64,000 nucleotides of DNA from assembly GCA_934716995.1 (NCBI GenBank), contig CAKUYO010000010.1, forward strand, positions 1,619-65,618. Reading direction: 5' to 3'. The notes below the pieces were generated by a model. That model saw only the letters and a list, made by a program, of their open reading frames with translations, searched no databases and was not told the DNA's origin. Source of the DNA: an uncultured Bacteroidales bacterium (GTDB taxonomy: Bacteria; Bacteroidota; Bacteroidia; Bacteroidales; Paludibacteraceae). The translations under genes were made by a program, and so were the position numbers. Of the stretch, positions 18,371-26,765 are shown one piece after another; position 1 is the first letter of the stretch, and each line of letters opens with the position of its first letter.

Positions 18371-19575
18371 CAAAGTTGCGCCAGCGCAACTTTGATTCTC
18401 CTCATAGCCTCCGTGATGTTCGCTTCACTAGTGGCGTACGAGAGGCGGATGCAGTGGTCCTCGCCGAAAGCCGAGCCGCTGACACACGCCACGTGCGCCT
18501 CGTTGAGCAGGTACTCCACCACATCGTCGGCATTCCTGAAGGTCTGCCCCTGCGGGGTCTGCTTGCCGAAATAGTACGACACGTCGGGGAACAGATAGAA
18601 AGCCCCCTGCGGTTCGATAATCTTCCAGCCGGGTATCTCGCGAGCCAAACCGATAATCAGGTTGCGGCGGCGTTCAAAGGCTTGCCGCATAGTCTCCACG
18701 CAGGTCTTGTCGCTCGTATAAGCCGCCTCGGCTGCCTTCTGCGCAATGGTGGTGGCGCAAGTGCACTGCTGCCCCTGCAAGCGTTTGACGGCACTGATAA
18801 AGCCCTTGTCGTGGCACGCCATCCAGCCGATACGGTAGCCCGTCATAGCGTGGCTCTTGCTCACACCGTTGATGATAACGAGACGATCTTTCAAAGCCCC
18901 GAACTGTCCGAGACTCTCATGGTGCCCCGTATAGAGAATATGCTCATAGATCTCGTCGGAGATGACGCTTATCTGCGGGTGTTTCTCCAATACACGCACA
19001 ATATCGACCAATGCCTCGTGGCTATAGACGCTGCCCGTCGGGTTGTTGGGCGTGCAGAGCACCAGCAGACGGGTATTGGGCGTAATAGCCGCTTCCAACT
19101 GCTCCGCCGTGATGCAGAAGTTGTTCTTCATCGTAGTGCGCACCAGGACGCTCTTGCCCTCCGCCAACTTCACCATCTCTACATAACTCACCCAGCACGG
19201 CGTGGGCAGGATGACCTCGTCGCCCGGTCCTACCAGCGTCTCGATAGCGTTGCAAAGGCAGTGCTTTGCCCCCACCGACACGATGATCTCGTTCGCATTG
19301 AACGCCTGCGGGTTATGCTCGCCGAGTTCCTCGTTGAGCGTCTTGGCAATCGCCTCGCGCAGCGAGGGGAAACCGGGAACGGGACCATAATGGGAGAAAT
19401 CGTTGTCCACAGCGGCTTTCGCTGCCTCTTTTACATGCTGCGGAGCCGCAAAATCGGGTTCGCCGAGCGACAGACCGATCACATCCACCCCCTCGGCACG
19501 CAACTGTTGGCAACGCGCCGCAATCTGCAATGTCTGCGACTCGCTGAGCGAGTCAATACGCTTCGAAATCTTCAT
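18370..19575 (-). CDS. class I/II PLP-dependent aminotransferase (aspartate aminotransferase-like)
   Basis: LSLGEPDF, NPTGSVYS, and the PLP-Lys region GVSKSHAMTGYRIGW. Confidence 0.88.
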   Translation of the reverse strand: MKISKRIDSLSESQTLQIAARCQQLRAEGVDVIGLSLGEPDFAAPQHVKEAAKAAVDNDFSHYGPVPGFPSLREAIAKTLNEELGEHNPQAFNANEIIVSVGAKHCLCNAIETLVGPGDEVILPTPCWVSYVEMVKLAEGKSVLVRTTMKNNFCITAEQLEAAITPNTRLLVLCTPNNPTGSVYSHEALVDIVRVLEKHPQISVISDEIYEHILYTGHHESLGQFGALKDRLVIINGVSKSHAMTGYRIGWMACHDKGFISAVKRLQGQQCTCATTIAQKAAEAAYTSDKTCVETMRQAFERRRNLIIGLAREIPGWKIIEPQGAFYLFPDVSYYFGKQTPQGQTFRNADDVVEYLLNEAHVACVSGSAFGEDHCIRLSYATSEANITEAMRRIKVALAQL

Positions 19576-19600
19576 ATCCGTACGTTTTTGTATTTGTTTG

Positions 19601-19608
19601 CAAAGTTA
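19601..19608 (-). promoter_or_regulatory. -7 box (taactttg on minus strand)
   Basis: About 25 nt upstream of the aminotransferase start. Confidence 0.5.
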
Positions 19609-19670
19609 CAACATTTTCCGCATATACACAAATATCCCTTTGTTTGCGGAGAAAAACAAGTATCTCTGTT

Positions 19671-19693
19671 CATAATTCATCATTCATAATTAA
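19671..19693 (-). repeat. gaatgatgaatta-word copy
   Basis: The reverse complement reads ttaattatgaatgatgaattatg. Confidence 0.75.
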
Positions 19694-19743
19694 AAAGTAA
19701 GGTGGATAAAAGGTGGATAAACTCCCCCCTCCTATCTGCTATC

Positions 19744-19788
19744 TGTCCCATTTGTCCTATTAGTCTTATTCGCCCCATTTCGCCGACC
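19744..19788 (+). repeat. tgtcccatttgYcctatYag..cttattMgccc element
   Basis: About 36 nt are shared with 49408-49463. Confidence 0.7.
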
Positions 19789-19877
19789 TGCCAACCAACC
19801 TTTTTCCAAACTCTATATACCCGTGTGCGCGTGTATGTGTATAATTTTATAAAAAGGTTGGTTGGTCGGCAGGTCGG
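19783..19877. repeat. inverted repeat (23/27 nt arms) around a 45-nt AT-rich loop
   Basis: ccgacctgccaaccaaccttttt ... aaaaaggttggttggtcggcaggtcgg. One arm carries a 4-nt bulge. Confidence 0.8.
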
Positions 19878-20126
19878 TTATTGGGCTTGCGCATAGTGTA
19901 TCTTGTTGATTTTCACTTCTTCCGATGTTCGTTGATATACTATCCAACCTCGGCTCGAACCCACCCGCTTGGCTTTGTACCCCTGCTTCTGCAGTATCAT
20001 TCCCAGCCGTTGCAGACTCATCGGACGCTTGATGCTCCCCTCCCATACCAGCACATCGCTTATCTGCGCCGTGGTGAGGAACTCGCCCCTGCCCTCCGCC
20101 GGCACGTCGAACAGCACCAGGAGCAA
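19878..20126 (-). pseudogene. 3' fragment of a DUF3874/VirE-type mobile-element gene
   Basis: FDVPAEGRGEFLTTAQISDVL...SLQRLGMILQKQGYKAKRVGSSRGWIVY resembles the C-terminal DUF3874 module of Bacteroidales conjugative-element P-loop proteins. No upstream part is present. Confidence 0.5.
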
Positions 20127-20181
20127 CTGTTAATTGCATTATCGGGGACTATTTTTCGTTGGATATATGAAAATTTATGTG

Positions 20182-20189
20182 TATCTTTG
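20182..20189 (+). promoter_or_regulatory. -7 box (tatctttg)
   Basis: About 18 nt upstream of the hemW ATG. Confidence 0.5.
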
Positions 20190-20207
20190 CACATCAAAGG
20201 AAACAGA

Positions 20208-21323
20208 ATGGCAGGACTCTACATACATATCCCGTTTTGCAAAAGCAGATGCATCTATTGCGATTTCTTCTCGACCACCCGACTCGACCGGCGGGCAGAG
20301 TATGTCGGTGCCTTGATAGAGGAATGGCACGCCCGCGCCGATGAAGCGCGACAGGCAGGGACAATAGACACGATCTACTTAGGCGGCGGAACACCCAGTC
20401 TGCTGGAGACCGGCGACTTGCAACGCCTGTTAGCCGTATTGCCGGTATCACAAGCAAGGGAAATCACATTGGAGTGCAACCCCGGCGATATAACACCGGA
20501 GAAAGCCGCTGCGTGGCGCACGATGGGTATCAACCGGCTCTCTATCGGCATCCAATCGTTTGACGACACCCTGCTCCGCCGTATCGGCAGACGCCACACG
20601 GCAGAGCAAGCCCGCACCGCAGTGCGCACCGTACAAACCGCCGGATTTGACAATATATCCGTTGACATCATATACGGATTGCCCATAGACAAAGAACAAA
20701 GGACAAAGAACAAAGGACAATTGGGTGTCGTGGAGAAAGATGTGGAAGAAGCACTGCAATTAGGTGTGCAGCATATATCCACCTATTGCCTGACTTTTGA
20801 AGAGGGCACACCGCTGAGCGGGATGTTAGCCCGGGGCGAAGTGGCGGAAACGGACGAGGATACGGAAAACGCGATGTATGACTATATCGCACACCGCCTT
20901 GCAGAAGCAGGGTTTGAGCACTACGAGGTATCGAACTTTGCACGCCCCGGCAGGCGTTCTATGCATAACAGCAACTATTGGAACAACACCCCCTATATCG
21001 GTTTGGGAGCGGGGGCACATTCGTACAACGGTACCGACCGCTCATGGAATCCCGACGACCTTGACACCTATATAAGAGGGGTGCAAGACCATACATTAGT
21101 GCGCGAAACGGAACGCCTGTCCGCCACCGACCGGTACAACGAGCGCATTATGCTGGGTCTCCGCACGGCGGACGGCGTTCCCTGCTCTGTTCTGCACAAT
21201 CCGGCATTGGTTGCTCCATACATACGACGCAACCTGCTTCGTATGACGCAGGACAACCGCATAGTCGCCACCCTGCCTGGCTTGCATATTCTCAACCAAA
21301 TAATAGAAGACCTGATGGAATAG
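20208..21323 (+). CDS. hemW: radical SAM heme chaperone HemW (coproporphyrinogen III oxidase-like)
   Basis: MAGLYIHIPFCKSRCIYCDF carries the CxxxCxxC motif. The product is 371 aa. Start taken at the ATG at 20208, not track 19881. Confidence 0.85.
   Translation: MAGLYIHIPFCKSRCIYCDFFSTTRLDRRAEYVGALIEEWHARADEARQAGTIDTIYLGGGTPSLLETGDLQRLLAVLPVSQAREITLECNPGDITPEKAAAWRTMGINRLSIGIQSFDDTLLRRIGRRHTAEQARTAVRTVQTAGFDNISVDIIYGLPIDKEQRTKNKGQLGVVEKDVEEALQLGVQHISTYCLTFEEGTPLSGMLARGEVAETDEDTENAMYDYIAHRLAEAGFEHYEVSNFARPGRRSMHNSNYWNNTPYIGLGAGAHSYNGTDRSWNPDDLDTYIRGVQDHTLVRETERLSATDRYNERIMLGLRTADGVPCSVLHNPALVAPYIRRNLLRMTQDNRIVATLPGLHILNQIIEDLME
20688..20720 (+). repeat. CAAAGAA-word repeat inside the hemW coding sequence
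   Basis: gacaaagaacaaaggacaaagaacaaaggacaa encodes DKEQRTKNKGQ in frame. Confidence 0.85.
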
Positions 21324-21384
21324 ACAAAGAATAAAGGACAATGAACAAAGAACTAAGAACTAAGAACTAAGAACTAAGAACAAA
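21323..21384 (+). repeat. CAAAGAA / CTAAGAA word arrays
   Basis: gacaaagaataaaggacaatgaacaaagaac followed by (taagaac)x4. Confidence 0.9.
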
Positions 21385-21409
21385 CACCCGCTATGTATGT
21401 TAATTAGCA

Positions 21410-22849
21410 TTATTTCTTTGCCCAGCGGGCGGGGATCATACGATAGGGGTACCGCTCGCAGATATTGTCCGCATTGGGGCAGTCGCAACGGTGAATACGG
21501 ATTCCTTTCGTAACGCTGATAAAACCGAAAATCGGGTCGCCCGGTTGCGGATTGCAGCACTTGGACAAGTGGTAATCCACATTCTTGACGTTCATATCCA
21601 CCTCTATCGCCAAGCCCGACTGCTGCTCTTTGGGCACATACTCGGGTTTCGGTTCCGTATGGTGCGGTGCAGGCGTTGCGTCCAATGAAAGGAACACGTC
21701 ACGCAGTTGCAGGATATCCTCTTTGCCCTGCGCAATCGACTGGTAGAGGTCGCTGACCGCTTTGTAGCCGAGTTTGTTCGCCAAGCGTGAGATGTCCGCC
21801 TCGGTGTATTCCAGTTTCCAGTTGTGGAAACGCCTCTCGAGCAGTTCTTTTCCCTCGGCGGCGTCCTTGTACTCAATCTCTTTGAGCGACTGGCGGATCT
21901 TGTTTTTCGCCTTGGTGGAAGTAACGAAATTGAGCCAGTCGGCATTCGGTTTCTGGTTGGGTGAGGTGAGGATCTCTATTTGGTCGCCGTTCTGCAACTT
22001 CTGCCGGATAGACACGTTCTGGTTGCGGATACGCCCGCCCACGCAGTGGTCGCCCACATCGGAGTGGATACTGTAGGCAAAGTCGAGCACCGTAGCCTCG
22101 GCAGGCAGACGGCGCAGGTCGCCTGTGGGCGTAAAGACATAGACATACTGTTTGTTGGCGAGTATATTGCCTTTCACGCCCTTGTATGCCCAGTGTGCCG
22201 CCACGCCTTTCTCCGCCACCTCGTCCATACGTTTGGTACGGATCTGCACCTCCACCCAGCGGTCGTCTGGTCCGAGCACCGTGGTATGCAGGCTCTCATA
22301 GCCGTTCTCCTTGGGCACGGAAAGCCAGTCGCGCAACCGTTTGGGGTTGGGCTGGAAAATATCGGTAATGAGCGAATAGACCTGCCAACAGTCCTGTTTT
22401 TCGCGGTCGGCAGGCGAGTCGAGAATGATACGTATGGCAAAGAGGTCGTATATCCGGTCCACATCGCAGTTCTGCGCCTGCATCTTGTGATAAATGGAGT
22501 GGATGGATTTCGGACGCCCTTTGATAGTGAAGACAAAGCCCGCATCTTTGAGTTTCCGCTCGAGCGGGGCGATAAACCGCGCTATGTAGGCATCGCGCTC
22601 CGATTTCTTGGCGTTCAGCGCGTGCGCTATATATTTATAGGTCTTGTAGTCGGTAAACTTCAGCGCGAGGTCCTCCATCTCGGTCTTGATCTGGTACAAG
22701 CCCAAGCGGTGTGCCAATGGGGCGTGGAGCATCTGTGTCTCTTTTGCCACATGGCGGCGGCGGTCGGAATCGCCCTCTTTGTCCAACTGACGCAGCAACT
22801 CCAGCCGCTCCGTCAGGATCTGATACAATACCTGATTGCTGTCTTCCAT
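21410..22849 (-). CDS. RelA/SpoT homologue lacking HD core and ACT domain (synthetase + TGS + helical + Cys-rich domain)
   Basis: Synthetase motifs GRPKSIHSIYHKM, YDLFAIRIIL, GYESLHTTV, EVQIRT. TGS domain VFTPTGDLRRLPAEATVLDFAYSIH. Cys-rich motif CCNPQPGDPIFGFISVTKGIRIHRCDCPN. Only 479 aa. Confidence 0.85.
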   Translation of the reverse strand: MEDSNQVLYQILTERLELLRQLDKEGDSDRRRHVAKETQMLHAPLAHRLGLYQIKTEMEDLALKFTDYKTYKYIAHALNAKKSERDAYIARFIAPLERKLKDAGFVFTIKGRPKSIHSIYHKMQAQNCDVDRIYDLFAIRIILDSPADREKQDCWQVYSLITDIFQPNPKRLRDWLSVPKENGYESLHTTVLGPDDRWVEVQIRTKRMDEVAEKGVAAHWAYKGVKGNILANKQYVYVFTPTGDLRRLPAEATVLDFAYSIHSDVGDHCVGGRIRNQNVSIRQKLQNGDQIEILTSPNQKPNADWLNFVTSTKAKNKIRQSLKEIEYKDAAEGKELLERRFHNWKLEYTEADISRLANKLGYKAVSDLYQSIAQGKEDILQLRDVFLSLDATPAPHHTEPKPEYVPKEQQSGLAIEVDMNVKNVDYHLSKCCNPQPGDPIFGFISVTKGIRIHRCDCPNADNICERYPYRMIPARWAKK

Positions 22850-22881
22850 AATGCGGTCTCCTCTCTACTTGATTTCGATGG

Positions 22882-22889
22882 CAAAAATA
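22882..22889 (-). promoter_or_regulatory. -7 box (tatttttg on minus strand)
   Basis: About 32 nt upstream of the RSH start. Confidence 0.45.
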
Positions 22890-22921
22890 CGCTTTTTTTT
22901 GCACATATAAAAAAAAAAGCG

Positions 22922-22929
22922 TAACTTTG
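22922..22929 (+). promoter_or_regulatory. -7 box (taactttg)
   Basis: About 60 nt upstream of the ATG at 22990. Confidence 0.5.
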
Positions 22930-22989
22930 CCGCGGTTTTGTGCTATAAGTGCACACATAGTCAAGAAACACAAAAATTATACCAGATAA

Positions 22990-23748
22990 ATGAAAGCAAC
23001 AAAAGCAATTATGATTACTTTGCTCAGCATCGCAGCAGTCGCAATGGCTTATTTCTGCGTAGTGAGCGTTGTTACTCCTATTAAATTTGAGGAGAAACGT
23101 ACTGCCCGTGAGGTGGCTGTAGTGAAGAATTTGGTTAATTTGCGTACTGCGGAGGTGGAGTTCAACCGCCAAAACGGTCGCTATATGGCTGATGCCGACA
23201 GTCTGATTCTTTTCCTCCAAACCGCTAAAAAGAAAGAGGTGATGAAGGAGGGAAGCCTTACCGACAAACAACTCGAAGCAGGTCTGACCGAGCCGAAGGC
23301 TGCCAAGATTATTGATGCTGCCAAGAAAAAAGCACTCAAAAAGCAGGATTTTGCCAACGACACAGAACTCTACGCCTACATCTGGGCTAACGATAAAGAA
23401 GTTATCGAAAACGGTTTGAGCGGTTTCCGCCGTGATACGATTGAGAGCAACTTGATCCAGAGTCTCTACAAGGGCGAGTACGACGAAAACACTATCGGAG
23501 ACATCATCTATATCCCCTATACCGACAAGGTAAAGTATGAGATCGAGGTGAACAACAACTATACAACCAGCCAGGGTATCCGTGTTCCGCTGTTTGAGGC
23601 ACGTGCACCGTTTGAGGCTTATCTGGGCGACTTGAACCGCCAGGAATTGGTGAACCTGATTGACAAGGAGCAGAAACTGGAGCACTATCCCGGCTTGAAG
23701 GTAGGTAGCGTGGACGCACCGAACAACAACGCCGGCAACTGGGAGTAA
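22990..23748 (+). CDS. membrane-anchored protein with pseudopilin-like N-terminus
   Basis: An N-terminal hydrophobic helix is followed by VVKNLVNLRTAEVEFNRQNGRY, which recalls the PulG-type N-domain. The rest is unrecognised. Confidence 0.6.
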   Translation: MKATKAIMITLLSIAAVAMAYFCVVSVVTPIKFEEKRTAREVAVVKNLVNLRTAEVEFNRQNGRYMADADSLILFLQTAKKKEVMKEGSLTDKQLEAGLTEPKAAKIIDAAKKKALKKQDFANDTELYAYIWANDKEVIENGLSGFRRDTIESNLIQSLYKGEYDENTIGDIIYIPYTDKVKYEIEVNNNYTTSQGIRVPLFEARAPFEAYLGDLNRQELVNLIDKEQKLEHYPGLKVGSVDAPNNNAGNWE

Positions 23749-23781
23749 TTCTAATTATGAATTAGGAATGATGAATTATTA
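23746..23781 (+). repeat. gaatgatgaatta-word array
   Basis: taattctaattatgaattaggaatgatgaattatta starts at the stop codon. Confidence 0.8.
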
Positions 23782-23794
23782 GCGTAGTATTATC

Positions 23795-23847
23795 ATTCTT
23801 TGTTCTTTATTCTTTGTTCTTTATTCTTTGTTCTTTATTCTTTGTCC
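23795..23847 (-). repeat. 14-bp tandem array x3.5 (tctttgttctttat), rc of CAAAGAA family
   Basis: cattctttgttctttattctttgttctttattctttgttctttattctttgtcc ends 12 nt before the rsmD ATG. Confidence 0.9.
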
Positions 23848-23858
23848 ATAGTTCACTT

Positions 23859-24389
23859 ATGCGAATTATATCCGGAACATTCAGGGGGCGTCGATTGGCG
23901 CCTCCTAAAAATATAACCGCACGTCCTACCACCGATTTTGCCAAAGAGAGCCTTTTCAATCTTCTCAACAACCGTATTGATTTTGAGGACTGCGAAATGC
24001 TTGACCTCTTTGCCGGTACAGGCGGTATCGGACTGGAGTTTGTCAGCCGCGGAGCCCGTGAAGTAACGGCGGTGGAAGTGGCACATACGCAGCAGAACTT
24101 CATCATCTCGGCTTGTAAGCAGTTGGGGATACGCAACCTGACCGTCATACGGGGGGATGTATTCAAGTACATCAATGCGTGCAGGCTGCAGTTCGATTTT
24201 ATCTTTGCCGACCCGCCGTATGCTTTGGAGAATCTCTCTACCCTGCCCGATTTGATTTTTGAAAAACAACTGCTTCGCCCCGACGGTCTCTTTGTTCTGG
24301 AGCATGGCAAAGACCACGATTTCTCCCCCCACCCGCATTTCAACTCTCATCGTGCCTACGGGAGTGTAAACTTTACGTTCTTCCAGTAA
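23859..24389 (+). CDS. rsmD: 16S rRNA (guanine966-N2)-methyltransferase
   Basis: MRIISGTFRGRRL..., TRPTTD, LDLFAGTGGIGLE, ADPPY. Start at the ATG at 23859. Confidence 0.85.
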   Translation: MRIISGTFRGRRLAPPKNITARPTTDFAKESLFNLLNNRIDFEDCEMLDLFAGTGGIGLEFVSRGAREVTAVEVAHTQQNFIISACKQLGIRNLTVIRGDVFKYINACRLQFDFIFADPPYALENLSTLPDLIFEKQLLRPDGLFVLEHGKDHDFSPHPHFNSHRAYGSVNFTFFQ

Positions 24390-24454
24390 TCTAAAAACAA
24401 CATATCCCATATACACTACATAAATTTGAGGTCGTGTATATCACTCAAATTTTG

Positions 24455-24462
24455 TAACTTTG
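24455..24462 (+). promoter_or_regulatory. orphan -7 box (taactttg)
   Basis: No ORF of 60 aa or more follows. A terminator lies about 80 nt downstream. Confidence 0.4.
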
Positions 24463-24469
24463 TAATCTA

Positions 24470-24580
24470 AAACAACCGAGTGCTATGCAGATACTAATTT
24501 GATAGAGATATATTCAAATACACATTCAAAAATAAAATAAAAAGGGACTGTCCTGATTGATGTCAAGACAGTCCCTTTTT
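24470..24580 (+). ncRNA. candidate small RNA (promoter-to-terminator unit)
   Basis: Bounded by the -7 box at 24455-24462 and the hairpin plus T-run at 24541-24580. It holds only a 5-codon ORF. Confidence 0.3.
24541..24580. terminator. bidirectional intrinsic terminator
   Basis: 12-bp stem aaagggactgtc/gacagtcccttt, flanked by an A-run and a T-run, between convergent rsmD and the lipoprotein gene. Confidence 0.8.
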
Positions 24581-24609
24581 AGGTATGTATGGGATAGTAT
24601 GGTAAATCC

Positions 24610-25584
24610 TTACAACGAGACGGTTACCTGTGTACCGTAGGCACTCTCGGCGGAGAAAGTGAGAGTGGTCAGTTCGCCGGTCTCGTCATAAGCAATGACC
24701 AAAGGCGCAGTGGCAGTGAGGTAATAGTAATGCCCGTCGGGAGTAAGCAGGTAGGAGGTCTCTGCTTCACCGGAACGATAGAAATCGGCAAAGGTATCGC
24801 CAAGCGACCAAGCACCCGGATAGATGGCAGTGTATGTGCCTGCGGGAAGGGATTCGATGGCATTCTCGTCTTCCGCCTCCAAGTCGATAACCAGTGTGTT
24901 TCCGACAGTATCGGTGATGGTAACAGTATGGAGTGTTACACCATATTTTTCCCAATAGCCTTCGTTCTGCTCATCGGCTTCAATCTCTACCGATTCGGGG
25001 TGTTCGATGTGGAACTCGGTTGCCTCGGTCGGTTCTCCGTACCAGGCTACATCCTTGAAATCGAGTTTGCCCGTATAGGTGCCTTTGAGTTTGCCGCCCC
25101 ACGTATTGGTGTAGTCAATCTCGACGGTGTACTCGTCGCCCGATTTGGTTACGTTTACTTCAATAGCCGAAGGATACTGGTTAACAGGGGTGGAGTTGTT
25201 TACCGAAGCGGCAAACGAGTTTTCCAAGTTGATGGCAAACGGAGCCACCCCACCGCCTGTGTACTTGCCGGCTGCCAGCGATTGGCTGTCCACAGGAACG
25301 CAGAACTCCAACTCGAAGAACTCGCCCTCACCGGCAAACGCACCGGCGGTATAGTCAAACGAGAGGTTGGCAGACGAGAAAGCGACAGTCAGTTTGCGTA
25401 CATCGGCGGTAGCACCGTAATAGATATTTCCCTCGTCATCCTCTTCGGTGTAGAAATAGGCATCCGCATTGGTAAGCGTCTGACGGGCGAGCAGTATCTC
25501 GTCCAAGTTGCCATTTTTCTCTTGCTTGCAGCCCACGAGGCAGGCTGCAAGAACAAGCGGCAAAGCAAAAATATACTTTTTCAT
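24610..25584 (-). CDS. PUL-associated surface lipoprotein, unknown family
   Basis: MKKYIFALPLVLAACLVGC lipobox. Start at 25584, not track 25668. Last gene of the SusCD cluster. Confidence 0.75.
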   Translation of the reverse strand: MKKYIFALPLVLAACLVGCKQEKNGNLDEILLARQTLTNADAYFYTEEDDEGNIYYGATADVRKLTVAFSSANLSFDYTAGAFAGEGEFFELEFCVPVDSQSLAAGKYTGGGVAPFAINLENSFAASVNNSTPVNQYPSAIEVNVTKSGDEYTVEIDYTNTWGGKLKGTYTGKLDFKDVAWYGEPTEATEFHIEHPESVEIEADEQNEGYWEKYGVTLHTVTITDTVGNTLVIDLEAEDENAIESLPAGTYTAIYPGAWSLGDTFADFYRSGEAETSYLLTPDGHYYYLTATAPLVIAYDETGELTTLTFSAESAYGTQVTVSL

Positions 25585-25615
25585 ATCAATAATCTGTTTT
25601 ATAAGCGATTTAGTA

Positions 25616-25660
25616 TAAAAAACAAAACCTTGTCTTGCGGCGCAACACGCGCCGCGCTTT
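25616..25660 (-). repeat. AACAC-loop hairpin element (terminator-like on minus strand)
   Basis: caaaaccttgtcttgc then gcggcgc-aacac-gcgccgc. The minus strand reads hairpin followed by aagacaaggttttgtttttt. Confidence 0.8.
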
Positions 25661-25714
25661 CTGAACAAATATACTCAAGTAATCAGGTTATAATGGTTTT
25701 GAACTCTTTTGCAT

Positions 25715-26647
25715 TTACTCTGCGCCCTCGTCGGGTGTCTCGGTGTTTCCGCCTTGCAGCGAAGCGGGGCAACCGTCTGTCCACGTCCATTGCTCTACAT
25801 AAGATCCGAATGCACCTGCCTCTACAATGAAATAGGTCTTTAATGTAAATACATTTCCCTCATTGCTAAATGCACAATCAGTAGGTGCGTCGGATGTGTA
25901 ATAGTGATATATATCACCATAGTCCGAGTGGATAAGACCGGTAAATGCCTGATATACAAAGTTGCCCTCTACTTCCGTTCCATCAAGACTTACCACATTG
26001 TAATCGGCATCCAAAATGAACTTTAGATGGTATCCCTGCTCAACCGAATAGCCGTCGCCTTCTTTCACACCGCTGCCCTCTTCGGTCTCATCGGCAGAGT
26101 CGATGTAGAAATAGGGGCTTACCAGACGGAAGAGCGAGTCGGTTGCCTCGACGGCTTTCTCGATAGCCACATCGCCTTCTTCGTTCCAGAAACCGGAAAC
26201 GAAATGCACCTTACCGCGGCTTGCCCAGTTGTAGTCCTTTTGATAGTTGATGGTGAGCGTGCTGCGTCCGTAGAGAGTGGCATCTTCGTCGGCAATGGCG
26301 ATGGTCAGGTCGGTAGAAGCACCGACAGGCAAGTTGGTTGCGTCCACGATGAGGGTGTCATATTGCTGACCTGCGTTGAAATGAATAGTGGTTGCCACAT
26401 CCAAATAGTCTTCGTCGGTAGCGGTGATATTCAGCGTATAGTCGGCAGCCTCAAGGTACGAGGTACGACCGATAATCACTGCGCTGTCGATTGCCACATC
26501 GGCGGGTTTATAGACCACCGAGGTGTGTGTATTGTCGAATATATAGAGTCCCTCTGATGCGGGCGAGTCACCGCGCGTAGGAATCTCGTTGTTGCACCCC
26601 GCCAACGCCACGGCGGCAAGGGCGATATACAGATATTTTGCTTTCAT
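25715..26647 (-). CDS. PUL-associated surface lipoprotein, unknown family
   Basis: MKAKYLYIALAAVALAGC lipobox, downstream of SusD. Confidence 0.75.
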   Translation of the reverse strand: MKAKYLYIALAAVALAGCNNEIPTRGDSPASEGLYIFDNTHTSVVYKPADVAIDSAVIIGRTSYLEAADYTLNITATDEDYLDVATTIHFNAGQQYDTLIVDATNLPVGASTDLTIAIADEDATLYGRSTLTINYQKDYNWASRGKVHFVSGFWNEEGDVAIEKAVEATDSLFRLVSPYFYIDSADETEEGSGVKEGDGYSVEQGYHLKFILDADYNVVSLDGTEVEGNFVYQAFTGLIHSDYGDIYHYYTSDAPTDCAFSNEGNVFTLKTYFIVEAGAFGSYVEQWTWTDGCPASLQGGNTETPDEGAE

Positions 26648-26694
26648 TGCTTTTAATGAATTATAATGTGAGGTAATAGACTATGTATGTTTTG

Positions 26695-26747
26695 AAAAAA
26701 CAAAACTTACAAAACCTTGTCTTGCGGTGCAACACGCACCGCGCTTG
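26695..26747 (-). repeat. AACAC-loop hairpin element
   Basis: gcggtgc-aacac-gcaccgc has a compensatory C-G to T-A change relative to 25637-25655. Same flank caaaaccttgtcttgc. Confidence 0.8.
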
Positions 26748-26765
26748 TCCTTAAACTCTCACTGA

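Noticed and set aside
18371-18395. An 11-bp perfect hairpin (caaagttgcgc-cag-gcgcaactttg) as a terminator.
   Set aside because: It lies inside the last codons of the aminotransferase gene (KVALAQL) with no T-run. It is noted as a structure at the coding 3' end but is not called a terminator.
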